In this document: in pieces, positions 36,525 through 45,940 of the stretch
Layout of the letters: every line of letters begins with the position of its first letter
Position numbering within the stretch: the first letter of the stretch is position 1
Source: a virus
Taxonomy: Duplodnaviria; Heunggongvirae; Uroviricota; Caudoviricetes
IMG/VR virus record: IMGVR_UViG_2524023210_000007
Span: 16,429-80,428 of that record
Length of the DNA stretch: 64,000 nt
Reading direction: 5' to 3' (one strand)
Translations under genes and position numbers: made by a program
The notes under the pieces: generated by a model
Told to the model about the DNA's origin: nothing
Databases searched by the model: none
The model's input: only the letters and a program-made list of their open reading frames with translations

Positions 36525-37837
36525 CAGTTCGGATTATCAATGGGGACAGCAGGTCGGTGGTGCGCGGTCTTGAGCCAGGCTCGATCCATGCCTGCGTTTG
36601 CTCGCCGCCGTATTTTCGGCTTCGCGACTACCAAATGCCCGGACAGATCGGGCTCGAGTCATCGCCCGAGGCCTACGTCTCCGAGCTCGTCTCGCTCTTC
36701 CGCGACGTCCGCCGCGCGCTGCGCGACGACGGCTCGCTCTGGATAAACATCGGCGATTGCTATGCTGGCTCCGGACGCGGCGGCAATCCCGCAGCCGGCT
36801 CGTCGACGCTGCTCGGCACGCTCCAATCACAAGAGGCCTCCATGATCGTGCGCGAGCGCTGGGAGATCGGTGCCAGCTCGAGGAAGGCGGCCAACACGGA
36901 GCGGGGCAGCCGCTTGCCGGCCGGCCTTCAGGAGAGGGCGCGCCAGAATAGTGCGATCGGTCGGGCCTGGGAGCCGCCGCCCGCTGGGCTCAAGCAGAAG
37001 GATCTCATCGGCATTCCATGGATGTTGGCATTTGCGCTGCGCGCCGACGGCTGGTGGCTGCGCAAGGACAATATCTGGGCCAAGCCGAACGGGATGCCGG
37101 AGTCTACCCGCGATCGGTCGACCAGCGCCCACGAATACGTTTTTCACCTAACGAAGTCGGAACAATACTACTACGGCTATGAGGACGTGAGGCTGCCGCC
37201 CGCGCCGGAGTCAGTCTCCCGGCTAGCGCGCGCGATGCGCGGCCGCCTTGAAGAAGGCGGTCTCGTGGTCAGCGGCGGCGGGTACGCGCCGGCTGGACAG
37301 CCACCGCACACCGGCGCCCGGCGGCGCGATCGCCAGCGGGGACACAGCCGACGTCATGCGGGATTCAATGACCGCTGGGATGGAATGTCGGTGGCGGAAC
37401 AGCGGGCGAAGGGCGCCGCGCTGCGCTCGGTCTGGTGGGTGGCGCCGGGCGGCTTCAATGACGAATTCTGCACGAAGTGCCGAGCGTTCTACCCGAGCGC
37501 GGAGGTAGGCGACCTAAGAACCGAGAAGGTTGAGCGCGACGGCCGGAAACTGACGCTGCGGTACTGCCGATGCGGGGCGTGCGATAGCTGGCTGAACCAT
37601 TTCGCCGTGATGCCGCCGGAGGTCGCGGCGACGTGCATCCTGGCTGGCGTCCCGGAAGGAGGCTCGGTCTTGGATCCGTTCGCCGGCGCCGGCACCACCG
37701 GCCTGGTGGCCGACCAGCTTCAGCGTAACGCTGTTCTTATCGAACTGAACGGAGACTACGCAGAGATGGCAGCGCGCCGATTCGGCGCGCTGCATCCGAT
37801 GCTGACGAAGGTTGAGCTCGAGCGAGCACCAGCATGA
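36521..37837 (+). CDS. beta-class N6-adenine (or N4-cytosine) DNA methyltransferase, CcrM/HinfI-like, with Zn-finger insertion
   Basis: motif IV CSPPYF near N-terminus and motif I VLDPFAGAGTTG near C-terminus; TTG start overlapping HNH stop. Confidence 0.7.
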   Translation: MTVRIINGDSRSVVRGLEPGSIHACVCSPPYFRLRDYQMPGQIGLESSPEAYVSELVSLFRDVRRALRDDGSLWINIGDCYAGSGRGGNPAAGSSTLLGTLQSQEASMIVRERWEIGASSRKAANTERGSRLPAGLQERARQNSAIGRAWEPPPAGLKQKDLIGIPWMLAFALRADGWWLRKDNIWAKPNGMPESTRDRSTSAHEYVFHLTKSEQYYYGYEDVRLPPAPESVSRLARAMRGRLEEGGLVVSGGGYAPAGQPPHTGARRRDRQRGHSRRHAGFNDRWDGMSVAEQRAKGAALRSVWWVAPGGFNDEFCTKCRAFYPSAEVGDLRTEKVERDGRKLTLRYCRCGACDSWLNHFAVMPPEVAATCILAGVPEGGSVLDPFAGAGTTGLVADQLQRNAVLIELNGDYAEMAARRFGALHPMLTKVELERAPA

Positions 37838-39261
37838 GCAAGAAGCCTGCAGCACACGCTAATAGGCCGACCCAAAACATCCGGGCCGAGGAAGCCGTCA
37901 TCGGAAAAATTTTGGGGTCGGCCGAGACTTTTTGGGCGGTCTCAGACCGGCTGACCGGGGATCAGTTCTCGGTGCCGCACCACCGCGCCATCTTCAAGGC
38001 AGTCCAGGAGTGCTGCGAGCAGGGACCGGGCCCGAGCCTATCGCTGCTCGAGGCAAAACTGCCGACGGAATTCGAGGGTGAGGGCGCCGTCGAGGCGGTT
38101 CTCCAGATCCTGATCGAGAAGGCCTCGGACGTCACCAACGCACTCGATTTCGTCGACGACATCATCCTGGCATGGCGGGAGCGGGCACGTATCGAACTGG
38201 GGAAGGTGGCCACCGCCGCCGGCAAGACCTTCGATGACACCCGCGAAGATATCGACGCGTTGCTGCGTGTAGTCGACGACCACGACCGAGTTCGGCATGC
38301 CGTCCGGGTTGGCGATGCCGCGCGGGCCGCCACCGAGAAGGCCGCAGAAGCCTTCCAACACAAGGGGCGGCGCGCCGTCGGCGTCCTGACCAGGATCGAA
38401 GAGATTGACCTTGCGATCGGACCCCAGATCGGCGGTACCGCCATCACGCTCGCCGGCGCGTCCGGTCATGGCAAGTCGGGCTTGCTGGCGCAGATATTCC
38501 GGAACGGTGCTGCGGCATCGCTTGACCCGTCGAGCGTATTCCCGTCGCTGCTGATCAGCATGGAGATGTCGCAGATCCAGAATGCTTACCGAAACCTGGC
38601 ATCAATGACTGGGATCTCGGTGAGGAAGCAGATCAGCGGCGACTTCAACCAGAAGGAATTCATGGACCTGCAGTCCGCAAAGACATCTCTGGATGCTATG
38701 CCGATCTACGTCCAGGACCGCGGGCGCCTGACGATCGACGAGATCGAGAAGGAAATTCGCATCGCTGTCCGCCGTTACGGGATCAAGCAAGCCGGGATCG
38801 ACAACCTCAAACTGATCAGGCCATCTCGCGACAATTGGAGCCTGGTGCAGACGATCGAGGAGGCGACGGCACGCACCAAAGCGTTGGCGAAGGAACTCGA
38901 TATCGTGATCTGGCAATTGGCGCAACTCACGCGCGATGGCCAGAAGACCGGAAACTGGCGATTCCGCGCCGCCGACATCTACGGCGGCGGTCTCGTCGTC
39001 GAGAACAGCGATCTCGTCCTTGGCGTCGCGGTCCCCATCGTGTGGCTGCGCGAAAACAAGCCGGAGCCGCCATCTGAAGCGAACCCGCGTGGGCGCGAAG
39101 TCTTTGACAAATGGCTCAAGGACATGGAGGTGTTGAAGCACAAGGCTGAATTCGCCGCCTTCAAGGTGCGCGACGGCCGCGGCGAGACCTGGAAGGAAAT
39201 GGACTTCGACGGACCGCGGATGCTGTTCGGTGGTATAGATCGAGAGCCAATTCCGTTTTGA
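37834..39261 (+). CDS. dnaB: replicative DNA helicase DnaB-like
   Basis: N-terminal AEEAVIGKIL DnaB domain, Walker A GASGHGKSGL, RecA-like core. Confidence 0.8.
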   Translation: MSKKPAAHANRPTQNIRAEEAVIGKILGSAETFWAVSDRLTGDQFSVPHHRAIFKAVQECCEQGPGPSLSLLEAKLPTEFEGEGAVEAVLQILIEKASDVTNALDFVDDIILAWRERARIELGKVATAAGKTFDDTREDIDALLRVVDDHDRVRHAVRVGDAARAATEKAAEAFQHKGRRAVGVLTRIEEIDLAIGPQIGGTAITLAGASGHGKSGLLAQIFRNGAAASLDPSSVFPSLLISMEMSQIQNAYRNLASMTGISVRKQISGDFNQKEFMDLQSAKTSLDAMPIYVQDRGRLTIDEIEKEIRIAVRRYGIKQAGIDNLKLIRPSRDNWSLVQTIEEATARTKALAKELDIVIWQLAQLTRDGQKTGNWRFRAADIYGGGLVVENSDLVLGVAVPIVWLRENKPEPPSEANPRGREVFDKWLKDMEVLKHKAEFAAFKVRDGRGETWKEMDFDGPRMLFGGIDREPIPF

Positions 39262-39474
39262 CCAAAGAACTGGTCCGACGCAGTCGTGACAGTGCCCAGC
39301 CGGGCGGCTGTAAGATCCGGTGCTTGGAGTATAATTTCTCCTTAAAGATCACTCGACGCGGATTGAAAAAGGTTGACTCGCTCAAGGTTCGCAGCATGTG
39401 AAGTGGACCACACTTATTTGTAGGCCACGGCAGTAAATTGATGCCCGATCCATTCCCCGGGGAGGGCTACGAAC

Positions 39475-41046
39475 ATGCAAAGCGCGGCGTGTTTGAAAAG
39501 GATACATCCTTGGCAGAAGTGCGCTGCGCTTCTTGCGTTCGCCGGCTGGTGCGGTGGCTGCTTGATCGCAGCACCTAGCGTCTGTGTCGCCCAGAGCGGC
39601 AGCGAACCTGAGTCTCCCCTCAACGACACGCGATCGATGACTCCCGTCGTAATCGTCGCCGCAAGAGAATGTAGGTCCTTTGCCCGCGAGCGCCCAAATT
39701 GGTCCGCTCCCGAGCAATGGGCGTGGGCAAAAATCTGCGATCATCTCAACATCGATTTTGACGAATTGGAAGCGAATCGCACCGTCGATAGGCTGACGAA
39801 TGCCGCCGCCGATAAGCTGACAGCGCAGAGGCAGGATCTCTACGAACGGACTGTTGACGAGATTAGAACGAGGAACCAACATGATCCCGAACGGCTAGCC
39901 GGCGATTTCTCGCGGCGGCTTAGGTACGAGTTTTTTGCGGAGATTTTCGGCGCCGCGGAACTAAGGAATTTTACCTGGAACGCGCCACTCGTATTTTCAG
40001 GGTTCAACACCGACCGTCTTATCATCGACACCGCAGCCCTGAAATCGTTAGACATACGAAATGCACACATCGGACATTTTTCAATCCAGAACTCGACGAT
40101 TGACGGTGGTCTCAGATTGGAGAACGTGCGCTTGGCCAGCGCCAAAGTACACTTGGTTACGGCCAAGCACCTCCTGCTGAACAATGTATCAGTTGCTGCG
40201 AGCAATTTCGGACCCGTCCGTCGCGACGACGGTCGGCCGCCCTTCAGGCCAGCGGAGCGAAATGGAGAACTGAAGATCAATACAGCATCGATCGCGGATA
40301 GGCTTTCGATCATACAGGGGGACTTCGACTCCATCGACCTGAACTTCGTTAAAGTTGACGATCTTTTCATCGATAGTCCGGCTTGGAACCTCTGCGGGCA
40401 ATCCGATAAACCAGAGCTGAGCATTCGCGAGTCGCTGCACAAAGGGCGCTTCACGCTCATGCTCGACCCCGGCGGAAGGTGCTTGCCTCGGCGCATCAAA
40501 GTCGACCAGTCTATTTTTGCCAATACTTATCTCGGCCCAGACCCGCTACCGGTCATCCGCGCCATGGAGATGGGTGAGATGATGTCCCGCAGCGGTCCAG
40601 AATTAGCCTATGCGCTGATCGCTAAGTCCTATGCAGACCGAGGTCAAACCGCCATTTCCGACCGCGTCCTGATTGCGAAGAATAACCAAGACTGGCACTT
40701 GGCGAAGCCCCTGACACTGGATTTTATCGGCCTCACCTTCACATGGCTTGTAGCCGACTACGGCTTCCATCCTGAATGGGGGCTGGTGTGGATCGCCGGG
40801 TTCGTAGTGCTTGGCTGGATTATTTTCAGGCGCGCCTCCGGTCGTTTGGCAGCAGGCTCGTATAGGCCGAGAAGCACCTTGCTCTTGGCATTGGATTCAG
40901 TGATCCCGGGAATCCAATTGGACAAGAATCACCAGGAGGTGCGTTACGATGGATGGCCACAGATCATGCTCTATCTGCTCCGAGTCCTCGGCGCCGTGCT
41001 GGTCTTCGTTGCCTTGAGCTATCTGCAGAAGAGGCTGTTCGGCTGA
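39475..41046 (+). CDS. membrane-anchored protein: lipoprotein-like signal peptide, pentapeptide-repeat-like region, 2 C-terminal TM helices
   Basis: LLAFAGWCGGCLIAAPSVCVAQ signal; repeats ...LKSLDIRNAHIGHFSIQNSTIDGGLRLENVRLASAKV...; lower local GC. Confidence 0.5.
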   Translation: MQSAACLKRIHPWQKCAALLAFAGWCGGCLIAAPSVCVAQSGSEPESPLNDTRSMTPVVIVAARECRSFARERPNWSAPEQWAWAKICDHLNIDFDELEANRTVDRLTNAAADKLTAQRQDLYERTVDEIRTRNQHDPERLAGDFSRRLRYEFFAEIFGAAELRNFTWNAPLVFSGFNTDRLIIDTAALKSLDIRNAHIGHFSIQNSTIDGGLRLENVRLASAKVHLVTAKHLLLNNVSVAASNFGPVRRDDGRPPFRPAERNGELKINTASIADRLSIIQGDFDSIDLNFVKVDDLFIDSPAWNLCGQSDKPELSIRESLHKGRFTLMLDPGGRCLPRRIKVDQSIFANTYLGPDPLPVIRAMEMGEMMSRSGPELAYALIAKSYADRGQTAISDRVLIAKNNQDWHLAKPLTLDFIGLTFTWLVADYGFHPEWGLVWIAGFVVLGWIIFRRASGRLAAGSYRPRSTLLLALDSVIPGIQLDKNHQEVRYDGWPQIMLYLLRVLGAVLVFVALSYLQKRLFG

Positions 41047-41229
41047 GCATCCCGCGGTTGCGGTTGGTGCAAGATGAGCCCAACGAAGCTATTGTTGCCG
41101 TCAAAGGTCCGAGTTTGGACGGCGAATTGTTGCACCGTTGATAGGACTGCCATTTTCAGCTTGCATTCGTAGACAAATCACCTAGCGATTTTCTATTCGT
41201 GATTCGAGACAAGGATCTCGAGGCACGGA

Positions 41230-42213
41230 ATGGCAGAAGGCCAGCGCCGCAAGCGCCGATCGAAACGGACGATTCAGCGAGAGCGCCCGCAGAAGGCGGA
41301 GGCTCGAGCCGCGCGCGAGCAGCAGCGTGTCGAGAGGCGAGCCGCAGCCGCCGCGGCATGGGAAGCCGGCTATCCGGAGCGCGCGAAACGATACCAGGCT
41401 GAGCACGACCGTCGGCTAGCGCACGACCGCGCCCGCGAAGGGCAGCGGAAGCTGATGTACGCCTATCTCGAATATGCGCATGGCTACGACACGCCCGAGG
41501 CCCGCATGGTCGCCGCATATGTTCGGCACAACGAGACCGTTGCGAAGGACAAGCGCCGGAATCTTCTGAAGGGCGGAGATCCGCTGGGACTGCTTGAGCC
41601 CAAGGTCAAGAAGACCAGGAAGCAGGTCAAAGAAGAGAAGCGGCAGCAGGAGGCTGCGCGGCTGGCGCGGGGCGAGCGCTTCGAGCGGATCGCGGATCTC
41701 GATAACCCGGACCAAAATGTCATCGTCACGACCAAGGCGCATTCTTTGCGCCGGAAGTCGCTCGTCCGAACGCACCACCTGCCGGGGGTGGAAGCCTTCC
41801 TGCGCGACATCGAGGCGGTCCAGGGCGGCATCCGTGCTGCCAGCCTGGGAGACAAGATCGACCGCTCCGGCGTGCCGAACATCATTCCGGGCGCGATCCC
41901 GGCGGCACAGCGCATCGAGATCTGCGAGACCAGGCTCGGTCAGATCCATTGGTACTGGGCCTGCGGCTACCTGCTGTTCGACATGACGCCGACCGAGGTG
42001 CACCGCCGCGGCGGCAGCCAGCACACCACGGCAAGCGCGAAGGTCGGCGATGCGCTCGACGCGCTGTGCGATTTCTACGACCCCAATTTCCTACGTCAGA
42101 ACCGGGATCTCAACATCCTGATGGATGTCGTGAGCCGCGGCATGGAGGTGATCTTGCAAGGTGAGCGTCTTCTCAACTGGCCGCATCAGCAGAAGAAACA
42201 CACGGCACGCTGA
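41230..42213 (+). CDS. hypothetical protein (basic N-terminus)
   Basis: track ORF. Confidence 0.45.
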   Translation: MAEGQRRKRRSKRTIQRERPQKAEARAAREQQRVERRAAAAAAWEAGYPERAKRYQAEHDRRLAHDRAREGQRKLMYAYLEYAHGYDTPEARMVAAYVRHNETVAKDKRRNLLKGGDPLGLLEPKVKKTRKQVKEEKRQQEAARLARGERFERIADLDNPDQNVIVTTKAHSLRRKSLVRTHHLPGVEAFLRDIEAVQGGIRAASLGDKIDRSGVPNIIPGAIPAAQRIEICETRLGQIHWYWACGYLLFDMTPTEVHRRGGSQHTTASAKVGDALDALCDFYDPNFLRQNRDLNILMDVVSRGMEVILQGERLLNWPHQQKKHTAR

Positions 42214-42398
42214 TGTCACTCGGCAGGTTCGCTCCAAATAGTCGGGAGACGCCGCTCGAGACCAAGGCGCGGGTCTGGCGGGAATACGGTCTGCTCTTGG
42301 TTGACGTCGACAAGGATCAGTTGACCTGGGACCAGCGCGAGATGCTCAGGGCGATTGGGCGCCGCATGTTTGGTCCAAGGCGAGGGGAACGACAATGA
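42213..42398 (+). CDS. hypothetical protein (61 aa)
   Basis: ATGA-type overlap with preceding stop. Confidence 0.35.
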   Translation: MSLGRFAPNSRETPLETKARVWREYGLLLVDVDKDQLTWDQREMLRAIGRRMFGPRRGERQ

Positions 42399-42676
42399 AG
42401 CGGAGTGCGAAGGTCTTGTTGTTGGCGCCGTTGTTGTCTGGCTGCGGTGATCGACCAGCGGCCGGCCCCCCATACGCCTCGGCTACGGAATGTCGCGCGC
42501 AGACGAAACAGGAATGCCAGGCTGCGCCAAATCCGGCCGGTCATGGCGGAGTCGTATTCGTTCCGAACACCTATGCTCCTGTGGTCGCCTCTCGCAATCC
42601 GATGCTCGTGGCGCGGGCGACGCGCGGCGGCTTTGGTTTTTCGGCCAGAGCTATGTCCGTCGGGGCTGCATCGTGA
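42395..42676 (+). CDS. small lipoprotein
   Basis: lipobox LLLAPLLSGC. Confidence 0.45.
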   Translation: MKRSAKVLLLAPLLSGCGDRPAAGPPYASATECRAQTKQECQAAPNPAGHGGVVFVPNTYAPVVASRNPMLVARATRGGFGFSARAMSVGAAS

Positions 42677-43023
42677 AGCGGGCCCGTATTCCCACCCTCG
42701 GCTCCAGGATCGCTACCCTCGACACCCGGAAGGCCAAGCCGCTGCCGAAGAAGGCAGATCCTCACTATCAGAGCGCCGAGCACGAGAATTGGGCACGGCA
42801 GGTCAAGCAGCGCGCCGGTTGGCGGTGCGAACATGTCGACGAGCGCACTGGCCGGCGGTGTGAGCGTAGCAAGGCGAATGGTGACCAGATCTACGCCGAC
42901 CACATCGAAACCATCCGTGATCGCCCAGATCTCGCGCTTGATCTGAACAATGGGCGCGCAGCATGCAATTCGCACAACACCCGAGCAGGCATTCAGGCTC
43001 GAGCCCGGCGCATGAAATCGTAG
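42673..43023 (+). CDS. HNH endonuclease (terminase-associated type)
   Basis: GTG start overlapping stop (GTGA); CEHVDERTGRRC...ADHIETI...NGRAACNSHN. Confidence 0.65.
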   Translation: MKRARIPTLGSRIATLDTRKAKPLPKKADPHYQSAEHENWARQVKQRAGWRCEHVDERTGRRCERSKANGDQIYADHIETIRDRPDLALDLNNGRAACNSHNTRAGIQARARRMKS

Positions 43024-43032
43024 GAGGGGAGA

Positions 43033-43224
43033 ATGTCGAGTTGGCCGCCAGCGCCACCGGACCGAGACGCCTTTGGCGTGGCCGAACTCGGGCGGGTGCG
43101 ATTCAAACAAGGACTGCTCGGGATACGGGCCGAGCGGCTGTGCGAGCGCGCGGATGGATCGCGATTTTGGCGGCGGCTCCGGATCGGGGAAATCATCGAA
43201 ACCGCATTGGAGGATACATCATGA
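43033..43224 (+). CDS. hypothetical protein (63 aa)
   Basis: strong GGAGGGGAG RBS. Confidence 0.45.
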   Translation: MSSWPPAPPDRDAFGVAELGRVRFKQGLLGIRAERLCERADGSRFWRRLRIGEIIETALEDTS

Positions 43225-43433
43225 AGGAACCATCACCTCGCGCCGACCAGCTTAGGGCCTTGCGAGAAGCCAGATACGCGCGCAATCAGGCCCTGAAAAG
43301 CGAGCTCGACGCGCGGGATGCTGCGGCCGCGGCGAAGGAAGCGCCGCCGGCGCCGACAGCAAAGCGACCGCCGGCGAAGAAACGGCGCGCCAAGAAAGGA
43401 AGGCGCAGCCGGGGGAAGGACAATCGGTCGTAG
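43221..43433 (+). CDS. small basic protein (70 aa)
   Basis: GGAGGA RBS; ATGA overlap with previous gene. Confidence 0.4.
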   Translation: MKEPSPRADQLRALREARYARNQALKSELDARDAAAAAKEAPPAPTAKRPPAKKRRAKKGRRSRGKDNRS

Positions 43434-43435
43434 CG

Positions 43436-43771
43436 TCAGTCCTCGACGTCGGCATCAGCCGGCATCTGCCTCAGCTTCTGGTAGGGGAATTCGCCGAGTT
43501 CGGGATGGAGTCGGTCCGCCTGGATCATTGCCGCGGCGGCCATGCGCGCGGTCCCGAGCGCATTCGGGACCGTCAGGAGCGTCAGTGCGATCGGCACCCA
43601 GGTCGGAATATCCTGGACCTGGCCATCCTTCTCGCGGCCCCATCGGTTCACAGTTACCAGGTTCTGGCAGAACACGCGCGCGAAGGACTTCCGGGTCAGG
43701 CCCTGCCGTGCCAACTCGGTATCGAAATCTGCGCCCGAGATCTTGCGGTGAATAAATCGAGGTGGGGCCAT
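43436..43771 (-). CDS. HTH (XRE-like) regulator
   Basis: LTRKSFARVFCQNLVTVNRWGREKDGQ; GGAAAGGA RBS; first gene of leftward island. Confidence 0.5.
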   Translation of the reverse strand: MAPPRFIHRKISGADFDTELARQGLTRKSFARVFCQNLVTVNRWGREKDGQVQDIPTWVPIALTLLTVPNALGTARMAAAAMIQADRLHPELGEFPYQKLRQMPADADVED

Positions 43772-43804
43772 CTGAGGATCCTTTCCAATTGGGCACGGTT
43801 GCCC

Positions 43805-43857
43805 GGAATCGGCCGTAGCCGAGGGGTTAGCACAAAATCGATCGTAGCCGGGAGTCC
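43805..43857 (-). repeat. boundary repeat family 1, two direct copies (sense CYCCCGGCTACGRYCGATTTY)
   Basis: immediately 3' of the stop at 43865 and 5' of the RBS of gene 43436..43771. Confidence 0.6.
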
Positions 43858-43864
43858 CCGTCGG

Positions 43865-44239
43865 CTAGCTGAAGTCCAGCGGGGATACCAGGTGCCTGCC
43901 GACCGTCATCACCGGCGGGATGACGCCGCCGCGCTCGATCGCCGCCAGCCATTCCTTTTCGGTTCCGGTAAAGCCAGGTCCCGCCTCGACGTGATGGTCG
44001 GCCAGCCATTTGGCGAGCTCGCAAGTCGAAGCGCAGGGCGGCGATACCGGTGTCCCGGCGCTGGTGGTCTCGTACATCTGCCAGTGCGTCCGCTCCATCG
44101 CCGGCCACGCCGGCATATAGCTGGCGGCAGGATAAGGCGCGGGCGCATCCGGGAGGGCCTCGGCCAGCGGGATATAGCGGCCGGCGGAGTTGCGCGGGTG
44201 CTTCCAGTCGGCGGGCACGCGCCTAACGGTTCTGCTCAT
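43865..44239 (-). CDS. hypothetical protein
   Basis: internal ATG (MSRTVRRVPADWKHPR). Confidence 0.4.
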   Translation of the reverse strand: MSRTVRRVPADWKHPRNSAGRYIPLAEALPDAPAPYPAASYMPAWPAMERTHWQMYETTSAGTPVSPPCASTCELAKWLADHHVEAGPGFTGTEKEWLAAIERGGVIPPVMTVGRHLVSPLDFS

Positions 44240-44805
44240 GACGCCATTCCCTGACGCGCGAAGGGCCAAAGCCATTGGTCGATCCACGCGATAGTGGTTC
44301 GGTTGGCTTTGGTGGTGCGGCGCTGGTGGAGGCTGACCAGCCAGTGATATCCGTCCGCGAGGTCATCGGCGTGCTGCCCTTCGCCAAGTCCGATTAGGAC
44401 GTCACCCCACGACGCAACCATTCGGCGGCCGTCGCGGTCAGGCATGCCGTAGAGATAGAGCGAGCCGCCACCGCCGATCATCGGAGCGACGATCCAGGTA
44501 TAGAACTTGCCAGAACGGATTGCCGTCTTGAGATCGACAGCGAAGTCCTCTCCCATCGCTGATAAGAGCCGATGGAAAGGCACCTTCATCTCTTCGTCAT
44601 TCGGATCGACGCCGGCGCCATGCCACTCAGCCCAGCCATGGCTTTGGAAAATGTGCCGGCACTTTGATTCGTAATGCTGCCGCTGGCGGCAAACGAGGCA
44701 GTAGACCGTGTTGCTGTCGCAGTCGTCGCAAAGCATATTGTCGCGAAACACTTCGCCCACAGTCTCGCACCACTTACAGGTCCCAAGTTTGTAGTCGGTT
44801 GGCAT
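44236..44805 (-). CDS. Cys-rich hypothetical protein
   Basis: GAAGGAGG RBS; CKWC...CDDC...CLVC N-terminus. Confidence 0.5.
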   Translation of the reverse strand: MPTDYKLGTCKWCETVGEVFRDNMLCDDCDSNTVYCLVCRQRQHYESKCRHIFQSHGWAEWHGAGVDPNDEEMKVPFHRLLSAMGEDFAVDLKTAIRSGKFYTWIVAPMIGGGGSLYLYGMPDRDGRRMVASWGDVLIGLGEGQHADDLADGYHWLVSLHQRRTTKANRTTIAWIDQWLWPFARQGMAS

Positions 44806-44817
44806 CTATATCCTCCT

Positions 44818-45264
44818 TCACCTGGTCGGATGGAAGTTCAATTCGACCGATTGCTCGTGAGCGTCGTAAAGCGCCCTGATGTTGAGCCAATCGGTGGAGC
44901 GACCGTCGTTAGGACGCAGCCCAACCATGAGTCCGCCTTCCGGCGCCGGTTCAGAGAACAGCGCGCCAGAACCGAGAACAATGATCTGGCCGATCTCCGG
45001 TGTGCGCGGCGAAACACCGCGGAAGAGATCGCCAATATGCGTGCTCTCGCGAGTCTCTTTGACGACCGCGACCAGATCGCCTCTGTGGCCATCGAAGATG
45101 CGAGCCGTCTCGCGATCGATCAGCGAAGGCGACGGGATCGTGGTGAGCGAGGTCTGGCCGTCCTGGATCAAATAGACCGTGCCGTAACGATCGCTGCGGC
45201 GCTCCGACCCGCACCAGGTCAGGGTACCGACACCCAACAGGCGATTGATGACTTGATGTTGCAT
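44818..45264 (-). CDS. hypothetical protein
   Basis: AAAGGAGG RBS. Confidence 0.5.
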   Translation of the reverse strand: MQHQVINRLLGVGTLTWCGSERRSDRYGTVYLIQDGQTSLTTIPSPSLIDRETARIFDGHRGDLVAVVKETRESTHIGDLFRGVSPRTPEIGQIIVLGSGALFSEPAPEGGLMVGLRPNDGRSTDWLNIRALYDAHEQSVELNFHPTR

Positions 45265-45284
45265 GCATTCCTCCTTTCGGTTTG

Positions 45285-45304
45285 AAAATCGATCGTATCC
45301 GGGG
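45285..45304 (-). repeat. boundary repeat family 1, single copy
   Basis: plus-strand AAAATCGATCGTATCCGGGG; starts right after the stop of gene 45306..45617 and ~17 nt before next ATG. Confidence 0.6.
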
Positions 45305-45305
45305 A

Positions 45306-45617
45306 TCAGGATTGACCGGCTGTCTCAAGAACTCGTTTCAGGTCGAAGAATTCGACCATGGCAGGCACGCCCGTGCCGTCCCATTCCCAGATGACCCCAG
45401 TGAAGATCATCCGGTTTGCATCGCTGTGCTTGGTCGAGATATACGCCTGGGCCTCCTCCAGTGTCGGATAGCCATCGGAGTGGTGACCGATCGACTTGTA
45501 GCGCTAAGCGGTCATCTCGGCATCGGCGTTGCCAGGCATCGGGTAGGCACGGAACGGAATCGGGTGAAAGCGCCCAGTGGCGGTGTTCTTCAAAATGCCG
45601 GTGGGAAAGACGTTCAT
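45306..45617 (-). pseudogene. gene interrupted by in-frame amber codon (TAG at 45504..45506); possible RNase-H1-N/caulimovirus-VI-like fold
   Basis: GAAAGGAGA RBS + ATG at 45617; 37 codons, TAG, then 66 further in-frame codons to TGA abutting the family-1 repeat. Confidence 0.4.
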
Positions 45618-45636
45618 TGCGGGTCTCCTTTCTTCT

Positions 45637-45659
45637 GAAAATTGATCGTATCCGGGAGG
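45637..45659 (-). repeat. boundary repeat family 1, single copy
   Basis: plus-strand GAAAATTGATCGTATCCGGGAGG between stop of 45661..45939 and RBS of 45306..45617. Confidence 0.6.
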
Positions 45660-45660
45660 A

Positions 45661-45939
45661 TCAGAACAGTGAGCCTTGCGCCACATCTTCTAGCGGCGCC
45701 GCCGGCGTCCGACCGAGATGCTCGACCGTTTCGCCTATGATCTGGTCGCGGTCGTCGTCGATGAGAAGCCAACCGCGATCGCCGCCGGCAGGATCGTAAA
45801 CGACGAAGTCGCCGCCCCAGCGCTTGAAGATTCGTTCAGCAACGAGGCGCATGCCGGCGGGCACGTCGGTTGTGGCCTCGAACTCGGCGCGCGTAACGAT
45901 CTTGAAGCCCGCATTGATCAGGGTCTGTTCTCCGTTCAT
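45661..45939 (-). CDS. hypothetical protein (92 aa)
   Basis: internal ATG; coupled to upstream stop. Confidence 0.4.
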   Translation of the reverse strand: MNGEQTLINAGFKIVTRAEFEATTDVPAGMRLVAERIFKRWGGDFVVYDPAGGDRGWLLIDDDRDQIIGETVEHLGRTPAAPLEDVAQGSLF

Positions 45940-45940
45940 G

